A stretch of 45,830 nt of DNA. It comes from Kiritimatiellia bacterium. Lineage in GTDB: Bacteria > Verrucomicrobiota > Kiritimatiellia > RFP12 > UBA1067. Positions within the stretch are counted from its first letter, which is position 1. The number at the start of each line of letters is the position of its first letter. The stretch spans positions 1-45,830 of the forward strand of contig JBMNFY010000014.1 of the NCBI GenBank assembly GCA_050949565.1, read 5' to 3'. Positions 9,374 through 19,334 of the stretch are shown here, piece after piece. The translations under genes were made by a program, and so were the position numbers. Below the pieces are notes generated by a model that saw only the letters and a list, made by a program, of their open reading frames with translations, searched no databases and was not told the DNA's origin.

Positions 9374-10743
9374 GATACAGTTTGTTCCGATGGAGGGACG
9401 ATGGGATATTGCCACTCGCCACGGTAGGTGCGGCGCAACAGCTTGTCGGCCTCGGGGTCGCCGGTTGTTTCCTTTTCACCCTCCCACATCACGCTGCGCC
9501 CGAGCTTCATGGAAATATTGCCGAGCAGGCAGAGGGTTGTGGCCCGATGGGCACCTTCAATGTCGCACAGCGGCTTGCGCCCGGTGCGGATCGCTTCCAG
9601 AAAGTCAGCGAAAAGTTCTTTGATGTTCTGTCCGTCCGGTTGGTTGAGCGCGGCGGCTTCTTGGATGACCGGCTCTTTGCGGTTGGAGGGGTAGAAGCTC
9701 CAGCCTTGCGTCCAGGCCAGATGGAAAACGCCTTTCTGGCCATAAAAATAGACACCGACATTCTCGCCCTTTTCATGCGGATTGCCTGTGAAGAGGCGGT
9801 GCTCCCAAGTAACGGTGGGGCCGTCGGCAAAGCGCCATGTCGCGACCTGCATATCCGGCCCGTCGCTGGTTTGCTCTTCATCCGTCAGGATCGCCGGCCC
9901 GCGGATCGGACGGCCGCCGGTTGAGTAGCAAGAGACTGGATGTTTGAGATCGGTGATCCACAACACTTGGTCGAGCCAGTGGATGCCCCAATCGCCGAGT
10001 TGGCCGTTGGCATAATCCATGAAGTTGCGGAATCCGCGCGGATGGATACCGCCACCCCAAGGGGTGTCGATGTCGCCGCAATGTGGGCGCAGCGGGGCGG
10101 GGCCGCACCAGAAGTCCCAGTCGAGTCCTTTGGGCGGCTCGCTGTTGCGGCGGGGTTTTTCCGAGCCCCCGCCGTAGGTGATGAAACAGCGGATCAGTCC
10201 GATTTCGCCGAGCTTGCCGGAGCGGATGAATTCGCGTGCGCTCTGGTTGTGCGGTGAGGCGCGGCGGTGCGTCCCGACCTGGACGACGCGGCCGTATTTT
10301 GCGGCGGCGTTGACCATGGCGCGCCCTTCGAGAATTGTGTGGCTGATGGGCTTTTCGACATAGACGTGGGCACCTTGACGGCACGCTTCGATCATGATGA
10401 GAGCGTGCCAGTGATCGGGCGTGGCGACTAGGGCGATGTCGGGTTTTTCAGTGGCGAGGCACTCGCGGAAATCCTTGTAGCGTTTGGGGACGGTGACCCC
10501 GCGTTTCGCGAGATTTTCGGAACAGCGCGCCAACATGCGTTCGTCGACATCGCAAAGCGCGGCAAGGTCACACACGCCAGTATCCAGCGCCACGTTTAGA
10601 ATGTTGGTGCCCCACCAGCCCGCACCGATCAGTACGACACGGAACCGCCGTGCCTCTTGCGCTCTCGCGATAAACGGGGCGCGCCCGGCGGCGATCATGG
10701 CAGCCAATGAAGCGTGAGAAAACGCTCTACGTGTTAAAGTCAT
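9370..10743 (-). CDS. Gfo/Idh/MocA family oxidoreductase with twin-arginine signal peptide
   Basis: TRRAF Tat motif then hydrophobic stretch and AQE cleavage-like site; GAGWWG, ATPDHWH, YVEKP, DWGIHWLD; GGAGG RBS before ATG 10743. Confidence 0.88.
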   Translation of the reverse strand: MTLTRRAFSHASLAAMIAAGRAPFIARAQEARRFRVVLIGAGWWGTNILNVALDTGVCDLAALCDVDERMLARCSENLAKRGVTVPKRYKDFRECLATEKPDIALVATPDHWHALIMIEACRQGAHVYVEKPISHTILEGRAMVNAAAKYGRVVQVGTHRRASPHNQSAREFIRSGKLGEIGLIRCFITYGGGSEKPRRNSEPPKGLDWDFWCGPAPLRPHCGDIDTPWGGGIHPRGFRNFMDYANGQLGDWGIHWLDQVLWITDLKHPVSCYSTGGRPIRGPAILTDEEQTSDGPDMQVATWRFADGPTVTWEHRLFTGNPHEKGENVGVYFYGQKGVFHLAWTQGWSFYPSNRKEPVIQEAAALNQPDGQNIKELFADFLEAIRTGRKPLCDIEGAHRATTLCLLGNISMKLGRSVMWEGEKETTGDPEADKLLRRTYRGEWQYPIVPPSEQTVS

Positions 10744-10796
10744 ATCAGCCTCCGCATAAGGCCGATAGTTTAGCACATTCGGCTTGCTGCTCAAGA

Positions 10797-12722
10797 CTAC
10801 TGTTCGAAGTAGGTGTAACCGCGCAGTCCGTTGTCGTAGGCGGCGAGGATCTCGCGACGTTCAGCGGGCGTGATGCGCTTGCCCTTGACCGCGTCCTCCG
10901 CCAGTGAGCGAAACTGCTCCATCAGCCGCTCGGGACGGTATTCGACATAACTGAGCACATCGCCGACCGTATCGCCCTGCAACTCCTGCACGTATTCGAT
11001 CTCGCCGTCCTCATCGACCTGTACGCTTACGACGTTCGTGTCGCCGAAAAGGTTGTGCAGGTCGCCCAGCGTCTCCTGGTACGCGCCGACCAGGAAGGCG
11101 GCGAGCATGTAGGGCTCGCCCTTGCGGAGCGTATGCACCGGCAAAACCGACTTAACATTGTGATGGTCGATGAACTTATCGATGCGCCCGTCGCAGTCGC
11201 AGGTGATGTCCGACAGGTAGGCCATGCGCGTGGGCTTTTCCGTCAGGCGGTGGATCGGCATGATCGGGAAGAGCTGGTCGATGGCCCAAGCGTCGGGCAG
11301 TGACTGGAAGACACTGAAGTTGCAGTAGTAGACGTCCGCCAACAGGACATCGAGTCCTTGCAGGTCCTTCGGGATGACCTTGAGACCAGGCAGTAACTCG
11401 CGGATGCGGGTCAGGATGTGCCAAAACAGGCAGTCGGCGGCAGCGTGCTGGCGCAGCGTGATATCGCCGTGCTTAAAGGCCTTTTGAATCTCTTCGCGGT
11501 AGTAGAGCGCGTCGTTGAAAGACTCTTGGACGTTTTTGAGGCTCAGCGTTTGCGACACATACATCATGTTTTCAAGCGCTTCGGGAAGCGGCTCGGGGAT
11601 GTTCTCTGGGTGGTCCCACTCCTCGTGGATGGCGGCATCGAGCACGTTGAAGACCAGCACCGAGTAATATCCGATCAATGCGCGGCCGGACTCGCTGATG
11701 ACCTTGGGGTGGGGAACCTCATCCTCATCGCAGGCGGTCATGATGCCTTCGATCACGTCGGCGCAGTACTCAGAGACATCGTAGTTCGCGCTGCTGGCAA
11801 AGTTGGTGTGCGAGCCGTCGTAATCGATGGCCAGCCCGCCGCCGATGTCGAAAATCCCCATGCGCGCGCCCTCCTTGACCAAGCCGACGTAGAAACGTGA
11901 GGCCTCCTTGACAGAATCGCGGATCTCACGGATGTTCGGTACTTGCGAGCCGAGGTGGTAGTGCAGCAACTCCAGACAATCCAGCATTTGCGCGTTGCGC
12001 AGTTCGTCAACCACGTCGATCACCTGCGATGGCGTGAGGCCAAACACACTGCGCTCGCCGCCAGACTCGGCCCATTTGCCGCCGACACGGCTGGAGAGTT
12101 TCACGCGGATGCCCATGCGCGGCCGTATGCCGAGTGCGGCTGAGCGTTCCAAGATCAGGTTCAACTCGTCAGTGGTCTCAAGCACCAGAATGGTCTGGAG
12201 CCCCATTTTGAGCGACGAGAGTGCAAGGTCGATGAACTCCGCGTCTTTGTAGCCGTTGCAGATCAGAAAGGCTTCGGGGTCGCGCATATAGGCCAATGCG
12301 GCGATCAACTCGGCCTTGGAACCCGCCTCAAGTCCGTGGTGGTAGGGGGCACCAAACGTGACCACGTCATGGACCGCTTGCTGCTGCTGATTGACTTTAA
12401 TCGGGAAGACGCCGCGATAGACGTTCTGGTAGCCATAATCCGCAATCGCTTTTTGAAACGACTCGTTGATCAAACGGATACGGCTGCCCAGCAGGTCACT
12501 GAATCGCAGCAGCAGCGGCAGGCTCATGCCGCGATCATGCAGGCCCCTGACAATGTCGGAGAGTTTGACGCAGACCGTGCCGGTGGCGTTTTTCAGATTA
12601 ACAGCCACGAGACCATCATCGGTCACTGTGAAGTAACCCTGGCTCCAAGCGTCGACCCCGTATAATTCGGCACTTTTCACGCTGCTCCAGCCGTCCAGTG
12701 CCTCTAGCAAATTTTGTGACAT
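10797..12722 (-). CDS. speA: Biosynthetic arginine decarboxylase
   Basis: FPIKVNQ (PLP lysine), GLEAGSKAEL, CNGYKD, HYHLGSQ, DIGGGL, FSVFQSLPDAWAIDQLFP, DITCDCDG, GAYQETLGDLHNLFG. Confidence 0.95.
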   Translation of the reverse strand: MSQNLLEALDGWSSVKSAELYGVDAWSQGYFTVTDDGLVAVNLKNATGTVCVKLSDIVRGLHDRGMSLPLLLRFSDLLGSRIRLINESFQKAIADYGYQNVYRGVFPIKVNQQQQAVHDVVTFGAPYHHGLEAGSKAELIAALAYMRDPEAFLICNGYKDAEFIDLALSSLKMGLQTILVLETTDELNLILERSAALGIRPRMGIRVKLSSRVGGKWAESGGERSVFGLTPSQVIDVVDELRNAQMLDCLELLHYHLGSQVPNIREIRDSVKEASRFYVGLVKEGARMGIFDIGGGLAIDYDGSHTNFASSANYDVSEYCADVIEGIMTACDEDEVPHPKVISESGRALIGYYSVLVFNVLDAAIHEEWDHPENIPEPLPEALENMMYVSQTLSLKNVQESFNDALYYREEIQKAFKHGDITLRQHAAADCLFWHILTRIRELLPGLKVIPKDLQGLDVLLADVYYCNFSVFQSLPDAWAIDQLFPIMPIHRLTEKPTRMAYLSDITCDCDGRIDKFIDHHNVKSVLPVHTLRKGEPYMLAAFLVGAYQETLGDLHNLFGDTNVVSVQVDEDGEIEYVQELQGDTVGDVLSYVEYRPERLMEQFRSLAEDAVKGKRITPAERREILAAYDNGLRGYTYFEQ

Positions 12723-12942
12723 TTCAGACCTGCTGCCTCGTATGCTCGTGTTGTTGGCGATCAAAATCCCTGCACGTCCTGTCTTGTGTCAAGGACACGT
12801 AAAAAACAGACGCAACCTTGCCAAACCCGCAGCAAAAGCGCAATAGGAAAAAGAGGAAAAAGAATTGTGTGCGCATATGGGCAATATTGCTTCCGTTGGG
12901 CCGTTTATTATATACTACGTCCAAACTGGAAAAAGGACGTGC

Positions 12943-15138
12943 ATGAGCAGGAAGTGGAGAGAAATGACGCAACATGCCGACAGTGCCAAAGACGGTCGTC
13001 GGGCCATAAGAGCCGTTTGCCATGCGATGGCGTGTGGTGTGGTTTTGTCTGTTTGCGTGCTGATGATCGTTGCGTACGTATTCGAAACGTCTGCGCGTGC
13101 CGAAGGTTACGCCGGTGAAGCCGTGGTCTTCTGCTCGGCGCGGTGGGCGTTGCTGATAAACGGCGGCATTGCAGTCCTGGGGCTCGTTTTCCTGGTATGG
13201 TGCCTGGTCTTGAACCGTCAGGTAGCAAAGAAAACGATTGCACTGGAGCAAAGCAACCGTAACAGTGAGTTCAATTTCCGGCGGTTGATCGACGGGATGC
13301 CGGATGCAGTTTTCATCCAGACAGATGGGCAGCTTACTTACGCCAATCCGGTCGCCTGTGCGTTGCTGGGCGCATCAACGCCCGATGAACTGCTGGGCGC
13401 ACCGGTGCTGGGTTTCTTTCCAAAGACCAAACACGCATACATCACGGAGCGTATCGCGCAGTTGGACGCTGGGAGCGGTTATACGCCAGCGGTCGAACAC
13501 ACGTTGTTGCGTCTGGATGGTACGCCGATAACGGTCGAGATCACCACTGCTCCGCTTCGGCATAAGGATCAAAGCGGCACGCTTGTTTTTGTGCGTGACA
13601 TCTCTGCCAGAAAACGCCAGGAACACCTTTACGAAAGCTTGGTGGAGGACATGCCGGCGTACATTGTGCGGTTTACGCCGAAGGGTGTGGTGACCTTTGT
13701 CAACAACGCTGTCAGCACCTTTTTACAACAGAACAAGGAGGAGATTTTAGGGAAAATTACCGACGACTTTCTGTTGCCGGATGACCGGATGCGCTCGGAC
13801 GCGGCACTGATAAACACATCGGCGGAAAATCCCCGTGCAGAGTACACGATCAACATTCGCCGGGCGGACGGCCAGTTGCGCCAGATACGGTGTCTGACCC
13901 GCGCGATCATCGGATCCGATGGCGCGATTGAAGAATTCCAAATGGTGGCGTTCGACATCACCGACCAGCGTCGCTTTGAAGAACGCCTGTCACAGACCAA
14001 CAAGCTGGAGACAATCGGCATGCTGGCGGGCGGTATCGCGCACGATTTTAACAACATGCTGCAGACGATCCTGGGTTTCGGCGAGTTGGCGCTATTGGAA
14101 ACGCCGCCGCCTGATCCGCGTGCCTCGGACATTCAAGAGGTCATCGCCGCTGCCAACCGTGCCAAGCGGTTGACTGGGCAACTGTTGGCCTTCAGCCGCA
14201 ACAGTCCGATGAAAATCACGAGGGTTCAACTCAATCAAGAGATTGAACGTGACCGACGTATGCTAACGCGATTGCTTGGAGAGGGCATTACGGTCGAACT
14301 CGCGTTGGATGAAACGCTTCCCGACATTCTTGCCGACACAGGGCATATTGAGCAGGTGCTGTTGAATCTGGCCGTCAATGCACGCGATGCGATGCCTGAT
14401 GGCGGCACCCTTGTTTTGCAGACCTCATGCGTGACGCTCGCCGCCAACGACGATCGGTTACACCCCGAGGCTTCCCCCGGCGATTATGTTTGCTGGTCGA
14501 TCTCCGATACGGGGTGTGGCATTCCGCCGCATATCCAGACGAAGGTTTTCGACCCATTTTTCACCACCAAACCGAAGGATCGGGGAACCGGTCTGGGACT
14601 CTCGACCGTCTATGGGATTGTCCGCCAGTTAAACGGGTGGATTCTGGTTGATTCCGAACCGGGACAAGGCACCACCTTTGCCGTGTACTTTCCGGTCGCC
14701 AACGGTAGAGCAGTGGGAGAAACGGAGAAGGCTCATGCAACTTCGCGCCATGCGCCCAAGGACGCGAAGATCCTGATCGTCGAAGATCAGGAAGCAGTGG
14801 CGCTGGCCGCCGAGCGCATCCTTGCTTCACGCGGGTTCGAAACGCGCGTGGCGGGTAGTGTCGCAGAGGCGCGCGCCGTATTGGAGGAGCCGGGGGCGGC
14901 GCATGACCTGATCTTTTGCGATGTCGTGCTGGGGGACGGCAATGGCGTTGACCTGGCCGAAATGATCAGTGCGCAGAACCCCGACATGCGTTTCCTGTTT
15001 GCCAGCGGCTACGTAGATGAGAGATCGCGCTGGACAGCGATCAAGGAGCGCGGCTGGAAGTGCCTCGTCAAGCCTTATCCCGCCAGCGAACTGCTGGCCG
15101 CCGTGGATGAGGCGCTGGCACATGATGCCGAGGGGTAA
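12943..15138 (+). CDS. Membrane hybrid sensor histidine kinase (2 TM, 2 PAS, HisKA, HATPase, receiver)
   Basis: AGGIAHDFNN H-box, NLAVNARDAM N-box, DTGCGI, FDPFFTTK, GTGLGL; C-terminal REC domain (VED, CDVVL, KPY); start codon uncertain (12943 or 12964). Confidence 0.9.
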   Translation: MSRKWREMTQHADSAKDGRRAIRAVCHAMACGVVLSVCVLMIVAYVFETSARAEGYAGEAVVFCSARWALLINGGIAVLGLVFLVWCLVLNRQVAKKTIALEQSNRNSEFNFRRLIDGMPDAVFIQTDGQLTYANPVACALLGASTPDELLGAPVLGFFPKTKHAYITERIAQLDAGSGYTPAVEHTLLRLDGTPITVEITTAPLRHKDQSGTLVFVRDISARKRQEHLYESLVEDMPAYIVRFTPKGVVTFVNNAVSTFLQQNKEEILGKITDDFLLPDDRMRSDAALINTSAENPRAEYTINIRRADGQLRQIRCLTRAIIGSDGAIEEFQMVAFDITDQRRFEERLSQTNKLETIGMLAGGIAHDFNNMLQTILGFGELALLETPPPDPRASDIQEVIAAANRAKRLTGQLLAFSRNSPMKITRVQLNQEIERDRRMLTRLLGEGITVELALDETLPDILADTGHIEQVLLNLAVNARDAMPDGGTLVLQTSCVTLAANDDRLHPEASPGDYVCWSISDTGCGIPPHIQTKVFDPFFTTKPKDRGTGLGLSTVYGIVRQLNGWILVDSEPGQGTTFAVYFPVANGRAVGETEKAHATSRHAPKDAKILIVEDQEAVALAAERILASRGFETRVAGSVAEARAVLEEPGAAHDLIFCDVVLGDGNGVDLAEMISAQNPDMRFLFASGYVDERSRWTAIKERGWKCLVKPYPASELLAAVDEALAHDAEG

Positions 15139-15145
15139 TCAGATT

Positions 15146-15520
15146 ATGAGTGGGAAAGCAACAACGATGATGCCAGATGCGAAAGAGACGGTCGTACAGG
15201 GACAGTGTTGCCGTATGCTCCGCATGCTCTCCGACTGTAACCGGATCTTGGTGCACAGCACGAACGAAAGCGGATTGCTCGGCGATCTGTGCCGCCTCTT
15301 GTTAGATGAGGGAGGATGCACGGCCGCTTGGGTCGGCACTGTACGGGACGATGCGGTGGGAACCGTCAGAACGGTCGTGCATGTCGGCTTCCAAGGAAAC
15401 ATACCGGCCACCTTCGATTTGATGGACACGGAAGATAGCGCAACGTTTGAATCTTGGGTCAGCCAGGTCATCCGCACGGGCCAAATGCGCTGTTGCGATG
15501 ATCTGAACCAGATACCCGGC
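15146..15520 (+). pseudogene. N-terminal fragment of a GAF-domain signalling protein, broken at ~15516-15527
   Basis: LRMLSDCNRILVHSTNESGLLGDLCRLL..GG..AAWVG resembles GAF N-termini; the frame turns into Arg/Gly-rich shadow-like sequence after ..DDLNQIPGDL. Confidence 0.7.
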
Positions 15521-15755
15521 GACCTGGACCTACGACGTCAAGGACGTGGAGACCGGAACCACGCTGGAGAGCGGCGTCGATCCGACCGCGACGCCGCACA
15601 AGTGGCAGCGGCCGTCCATCGGCCAGATGATCGCCGCCACGTTCGGCTATGCCCACTACGAGGACGACGGTTCCGGCGGCGAGCAGCTCGTTCTCGGCTG
15701 GATCAACGAGATGGTGGATCAGGAAGCCTGCGAGTCGGCCATCGAGTCGGAGTGA
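15516..15755 (+). pseudogene. C-terminal fragment of a hypothetical (possibly prophage) protein
   Basis: Open frame PATWTYDVKDVETGTTLESGVDP...ESAIESE begins at the junction, with an in-frame stop at 15504 and no RBS or convincing start; followed by the GAGGAGG RBS of the next gene. Confidence 0.6.
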
Positions 15756-15764
15756 GGAGGCGGC

Positions 15765-16388
15765 GTGGGCGCACCCGGCAAATCGGTGGTGATCGAGGGC
15801 GGCAAGCGTGGCGTGCTGCTGGGCGGCAAGTCGGCGGTGTACAACGCCGAAGAGACCTGTCCGGCCTGCTGCATCGAGTTCTCGCGGAAGTGGTCGTTCA
15901 CCGACCAGGGCTTCATCGACGGCGGCCAGGGCGGGGCCTACCGCGCCTATGACGACCCCGACGACGTGCCCGCCAGCCCGTGGACGGTCCTCAATAATGG
16001 CCTGGGACTGCGGCTCGACTGGGAGGACGACTACAACTGCCGATCCCATAACCCCTACACGCAGAACGCGACGGCCACATGCGAGATCACCGTTCCCAAG
16101 CGCATGCTCATGACGGTCAACTGGTCGGGCGTGGGCGAGGTGCAGGCCCCCGGATTCGATGTGATGAGCCTCTATGTGGACGGCAATCTGGTGGGATCGG
16201 CCCACGCTCCGGGCGGGAGCCAAGGCTGCTCGCCCATGGAACCGGTTGTTTCCGACCCGCCGCCGCCCCAGCAGGTGATCCTTGAGCCGGGACCGCACAC
16301 ACTCTTCATCAGCGCATCGACCAACGATCCGCTTTACCACTTCGACGCTTGGTATCAGTTCGCGCTGACCTTCGCGCTCGCGCCGTAA
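15765..16388 (+). CDS. Hypothetical beta-rich protein with CPACC motif (possibly phage structural or adsorption protein)
   Basis: GAGGAGG RBS and GTG start, GC3-rich coding pattern; function not recognised. Confidence 0.7.
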   Translation: MGAPGKSVVIEGGKRGVLLGGKSAVYNAEETCPACCIEFSRKWSFTDQGFIDGGQGGAYRAYDDPDDVPASPWTVLNNGLGLRLDWEDDYNCRSHNPYTQNATATCEITVPKRMLMTVNWSGVGEVQAPGFDVMSLYVDGNLVGSAHAPGGSQGCSPMEPVVSDPPPPQQVILEPGPHTLFISASTNDPLYHFDAWYQFALTFALAP

Positions 16389-16407
16389 CCATTGGAGGAC
16401 CCCGACC

Positions 16408-16794
16408 ATGCCTGACACCCTGATTCCGAAAGCCAAGAAGTGCGGCAACTGCCCGCCGCTGGTCGTGCCGCGCCGGGCCTACACGCCGAGCCGACCGAGC
16501 TGTATCGAGTGCGTCGAAAAGCATCTCGGCGCGGCCTACGTGCTCCTGACCGAGGCCCGCGACCGGCCTGCGCCAAGCGGAGCGCGGCAGGCAGGGGGCT
16601 ACGCCTACCGGCTCCGCGCCGTCGGGCACCTGTTCGAAGCCGAGGACGAGGCCCAGGAGTGGCCGGAACTGCACGCCACGATCCGCGACGCCCGGACGCA
16701 TTACCAGGCGGCGGGGGAGATGCCGGACTGGCAGGCACTGGAAGGACTTCTTGCGGCCGCCATGAAGACAACACGCTTGGAAACAGGCAGTTAG
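16408..16794 (+). CDS. Hypothetical protein with two CxxC motifs
   Basis: GGAGG RBS; CGNC and CIECVEKH motifs; contains a probable 33-nt in-frame insert. Confidence 0.7.
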   Translation: MPDTLIPKAKKCGNCPPLVVPRRAYTPSRPSCIECVEKHLGAAYVLLTEARDRPAPSGARQAGGYAYRLRAVGHLFEAEDEAQEWPELHATIRDARTHYQAAGEMPDWQALEGLLAAAMKTTRLETGS

Positions 16795-16848
16795 ACAGGA
16801 ACGCCCCACGATCACAACCTGCCTGGAGAGTTGTTTGGTGGATTATAG

Positions 16849-16878
16849 TTGCATTGTTGCGCAACGATGCTGTATAGT
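16849..16878 (+). promoter_or_regulatory. Sigma70-like promoter with overlapping palindromic ArsR operator; probably leaderless transcript
   Basis: TTGCAT-N18-TATAGT; inverted repeat GCATTGTTGC/GCAACGATGC (16851-16870); ATG 16887 follows 8 nt after the -10 box with no SD sequence. Confidence 0.7.
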
Positions 16879-16886
16879 ATCCCCCC

Positions 16887-17207
16887 ATGAACCCAGAAGA
16901 ACTGAAAGCGCGGGCGCGGGTGATGAAGGCGCTGGCGAGTCCGGTGCGGCTGAAGATCGTGGACGAGTTGAGCCGGGGCGAGCGCTGCATCTGCGAACTG
17001 CAGCCGCTGTTCCCGATGAACAAGTCCACGCTCTCCCGGCACGTCGCCGAACTCAGGAACGTCGGCATCGTCGGCGAACGGCGGGAGGGTGTGAGGAGTT
17101 ACCTGCGGTTGCTGACCCCGTGTGTCCTCAACATGTTCGACTGCGCCATGGGAGTGATCCGCGCGGAAGCGAAGCGCCAGACGGATGTGGCCAGCGGGGG
17201 AAGGTGA
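16887..17207 (+). CDS. arsR: ArsR/SmtB family transcriptional repressor
   Basis: KALASPVRLKIV, ERCICEL, STLSRH wHTH pattern, C-terminal Cys residues; heads the arsenic cluster. Confidence 0.88.
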   Translation: MNPEELKARARVMKALASPVRLKIVDELSRGERCICELQPLFPMNKSTLSRHVAELRNVGIVGERREGVRSYLRLLTPCVLNMFDCAMGVIRAEAKRQTDVASGGR

Positions 17208-17214
17208 CTGAGCC

Positions 17215-18606
17215 ATGAGCGACGGCAACCGCAAGGAACTGAAGATACTCGGAGGGCTGGTCGGCCTCTTTCTAGTTCTCTACTACCTGCCCGTCGATAC
17301 GGCGCGTTTCCAAGGCGCGATCATCGAGGCGTTCAAACTGGCCAAGTGGTATGCGCGGGAGCACGTATTGCTGTGCCTCGTCCCGGCCTTCTTCATCGCC
17401 GGAGCCATCGGCGTGTTCGTGAGCCAGGCGGCGGTGATGAAGCACTTCGGGCCGAAGGCGAACAAGGCCCTGGCCTACGGCGTCGCGTCGGTTTCAGGGA
17501 CTATCCTGGCCGTCTGCTCCTGCACGGTCCTGCCCCTATTCGGCAGCATCTACATGCGCGGTGCTGGGCTGGGACCCGCCATCGCGTTTCTCTACTCGGG
17601 ACCGGCGATCAATGTGCTGGCCATCGTGTTGACCGCTCGCGTGCTGGGTTGGCAGTTGGGCGTGGCGCGGGCGGTGGGTGCTGTGGCATTCAGCGTGGTG
17701 ATTGGCCTGCTGATGCATCTTCTCTTCCTCAAGGAAGAGCGCGAGAAGGCGGCCAAGGCACAGGACGTCTACATTGGCGATGACGAGCATGGCAACCGGC
17801 CGCTGTGGCAGGTGGTTATCTACTTCGCGGCGATGGTCGGCATCCTGGTCTTCGCCAACTGGGCGCGACCGCAGGAATCGACGGGGCTTTGGCATGCCAT
17901 CTTCAAGGCCAAGTGGCTCGTCACGGGCGGATTCGCGGTGCTGTTGGGCGTGTCCCTGTGGCGTTTCTTCGGCGTGAAGGTGCTGCATATCGTGCTGGCC
18001 GCTTTGCCGGCGGCGGTCCTTGCCGTTCTCCTGCCGAAATACCCGGTCGCGGCCTTCACGGCAGGCTCGGCGGGTCTGGCTGCGCTGACGTTCTTCGGCG
18101 GGGCGGAGATGAGGGACTGGCGGGACCAGACGTGGGGATTCGGGAAACAGATCACGCCCCTGCTGATGGGCGGCGTGCTGGCGGCAGGTTTCTTTCTCGG
18201 CAGCCCGGAGGCGACCGACGCCGGGATCGTGCCCAATATCTGGATCCGGGCGCTCGTCGGCGATTCGCCATCGGCCCTGCTGACGCTTCTGGGGCGCGAC
18301 GGGGCGGACGTACCGGGATGGATGAGCGCCGTCTGGCCGGTCTGGACCAACTTCTTTGCCTCGCTGATGGGGGCGCTGATGTACTTCGCGACCCTCACGG
18401 AAGTCCCGATCCTGCGCGGGCTGCTGGACAGCGGCATGGGACAGGGCCCGGCTCTGGCCCTCCTGCTGGCCGGTCCGGCGCTTTCGCTGCCAAGCATGCT
18501 GGTGCTCAACTCGATCCTCGGGCCGAAGAAAACAATGGCCTTCGTGGGACTCGTGGTCGTGATGGCGACGATCACCGGCATGGTCTTTGGGGTAATTGTC
18601 AGATGA
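17215..18606 (+). CDS. ArsP/DUF318-type permease
   Basis: CLVPAFFIAG, AVCSCTVLPLF, FLYSGPAIN, YFATLTEVPI, LLAGPALSLP; many TM helices. Confidence 0.85.
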   Translation: MSDGNRKELKILGGLVGLFLVLYYLPVDTARFQGAIIEAFKLAKWYAREHVLLCLVPAFFIAGAIGVFVSQAAVMKHFGPKANKALAYGVASVSGTILAVCSCTVLPLFGSIYMRGAGLGPAIAFLYSGPAINVLAIVLTARVLGWQLGVARAVGAVAFSVVIGLLMHLLFLKEEREKAAKAQDVYIGDDEHGNRPLWQVVIYFAAMVGILVFANWARPQESTGLWHAIFKAKWLVTGGFAVLLGVSLWRFFGVKVLHIVLAALPAAVLAVLLPKYPVAAFTAGSAGLAALTFFGGAEMRDWRDQTWGFGKQITPLLMGGVLAAGFFLGSPEATDAGIVPNIWIRALVGDSPSALLTLLGRDGADVPGWMSAVWPVWTNFFASLMGALMYFATLTEVPILRGLLDSGMGQGPALALLLAGPALSLPSMLVLNSILGPKKTMAFVGLVVVMATITGMVFGVIVR

Positions 18607-18622
18607 GAAAGGATGGAGCCCA

Positions 18623-18856
18623 ATGAAGAAGATTCAGGTCCTCGGGACCGGATGCCCGAAATGCAAGACGCTCACAGCCAATGCCGAGGCGGCGGTCAAG
18701 GCGCTCGGCGTCGAGGCCACGGTGGAGAAGGTCGAGAAGATCGCCGAGATCATGAAGTTCGGCGTGATGATGACCCCGGCCCTTGTGGTGGATGGGCAGG
18801 TCAAGAGCGCCGGCAGGGTGTTGAGCGCAGAGGACATCAAGGCATTCCTCGCGTAA
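18623..18856 (+). CDS. Small redox-active disulfide protein (MTH895/thioredoxin-like)
   Basis: MKKIQVLGTGCPKC...GVMMTPALVVDG. Confidence 0.9.
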   Translation: MKKIQVLGTGCPKCKTLTANAEAAVKALGVEATVEKVEKIAEIMKFGVMMTPALVVDGQVKSAGRVLSAEDIKAFLA

Positions 18857-18881
18857 AGACTGCAACAACGGGAGTACAACC

Positions 18882-19334
18882 ATGAAGGGCAAGTGGATCT
18901 GGATGGCGCTGGCCGTCGCGGTGGTGGGCGTACTGATCGCCAAGAACGCGGGTAAGAAGCCCACGGATGCTTCACCAGCGGCGGTCGAACCCCCTGCGGC
19001 GGTGGAGGCCAGCGCCGTGCCGACACCCGCATCGGAACCCGCCACGCAAAGCAAGCCGTTGCCGCGCCTCGTGGACCTGGGCGCTGGCAAGTGCATCCCC
19101 TGCAAGATGATGGCGCCGATTCTGAAGGATCTGAAAACGACCTACGCCGGGAAGATGGACGTCGTGTTCATCGACGTCTGGGAGAACCCGGACGCTGGTA
19201 AGAAGTACGGAATCAACGTGATCCCGACACAGATCTTCTACGATGCCGCAGGCAGGGAACTGTTCCGACACGAGGGGTTCTTCGGCAAGGACGACATCCT
19301 CGCGAAGTGGAAGGAACTGGGTGTGAGCCTGTGA
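18882..19334 (+). CDS. Exported or membrane-anchored thioredoxin-domain protein
   Basis: N-terminal hydrophobic segment, Pro/Ala linker, CIPC active site, IPTQIF cis-Pro loop. Confidence 0.88.
   Translation: MKGKWIWMALAVAVVGVLIAKNAGKKPTDASPAAVEPPAAVEASAVPTPASEPATQSKPLPRLVDLGAGKCIPCKMMAPILKDLKTTYAGKMDVVFIDVWENPDAGKKYGINVIPTQIFYDAAGRELFRHEGFFGKDDILAKWKELGVSL

Noticed and set aside
15017-15952. 311-aa ORF as a single gene
   Set aside because: It is a read-through of the GAF fragment into an off-frame translation of the foreign segment; the Arg/Gly-rich tail overlaps better ORFs
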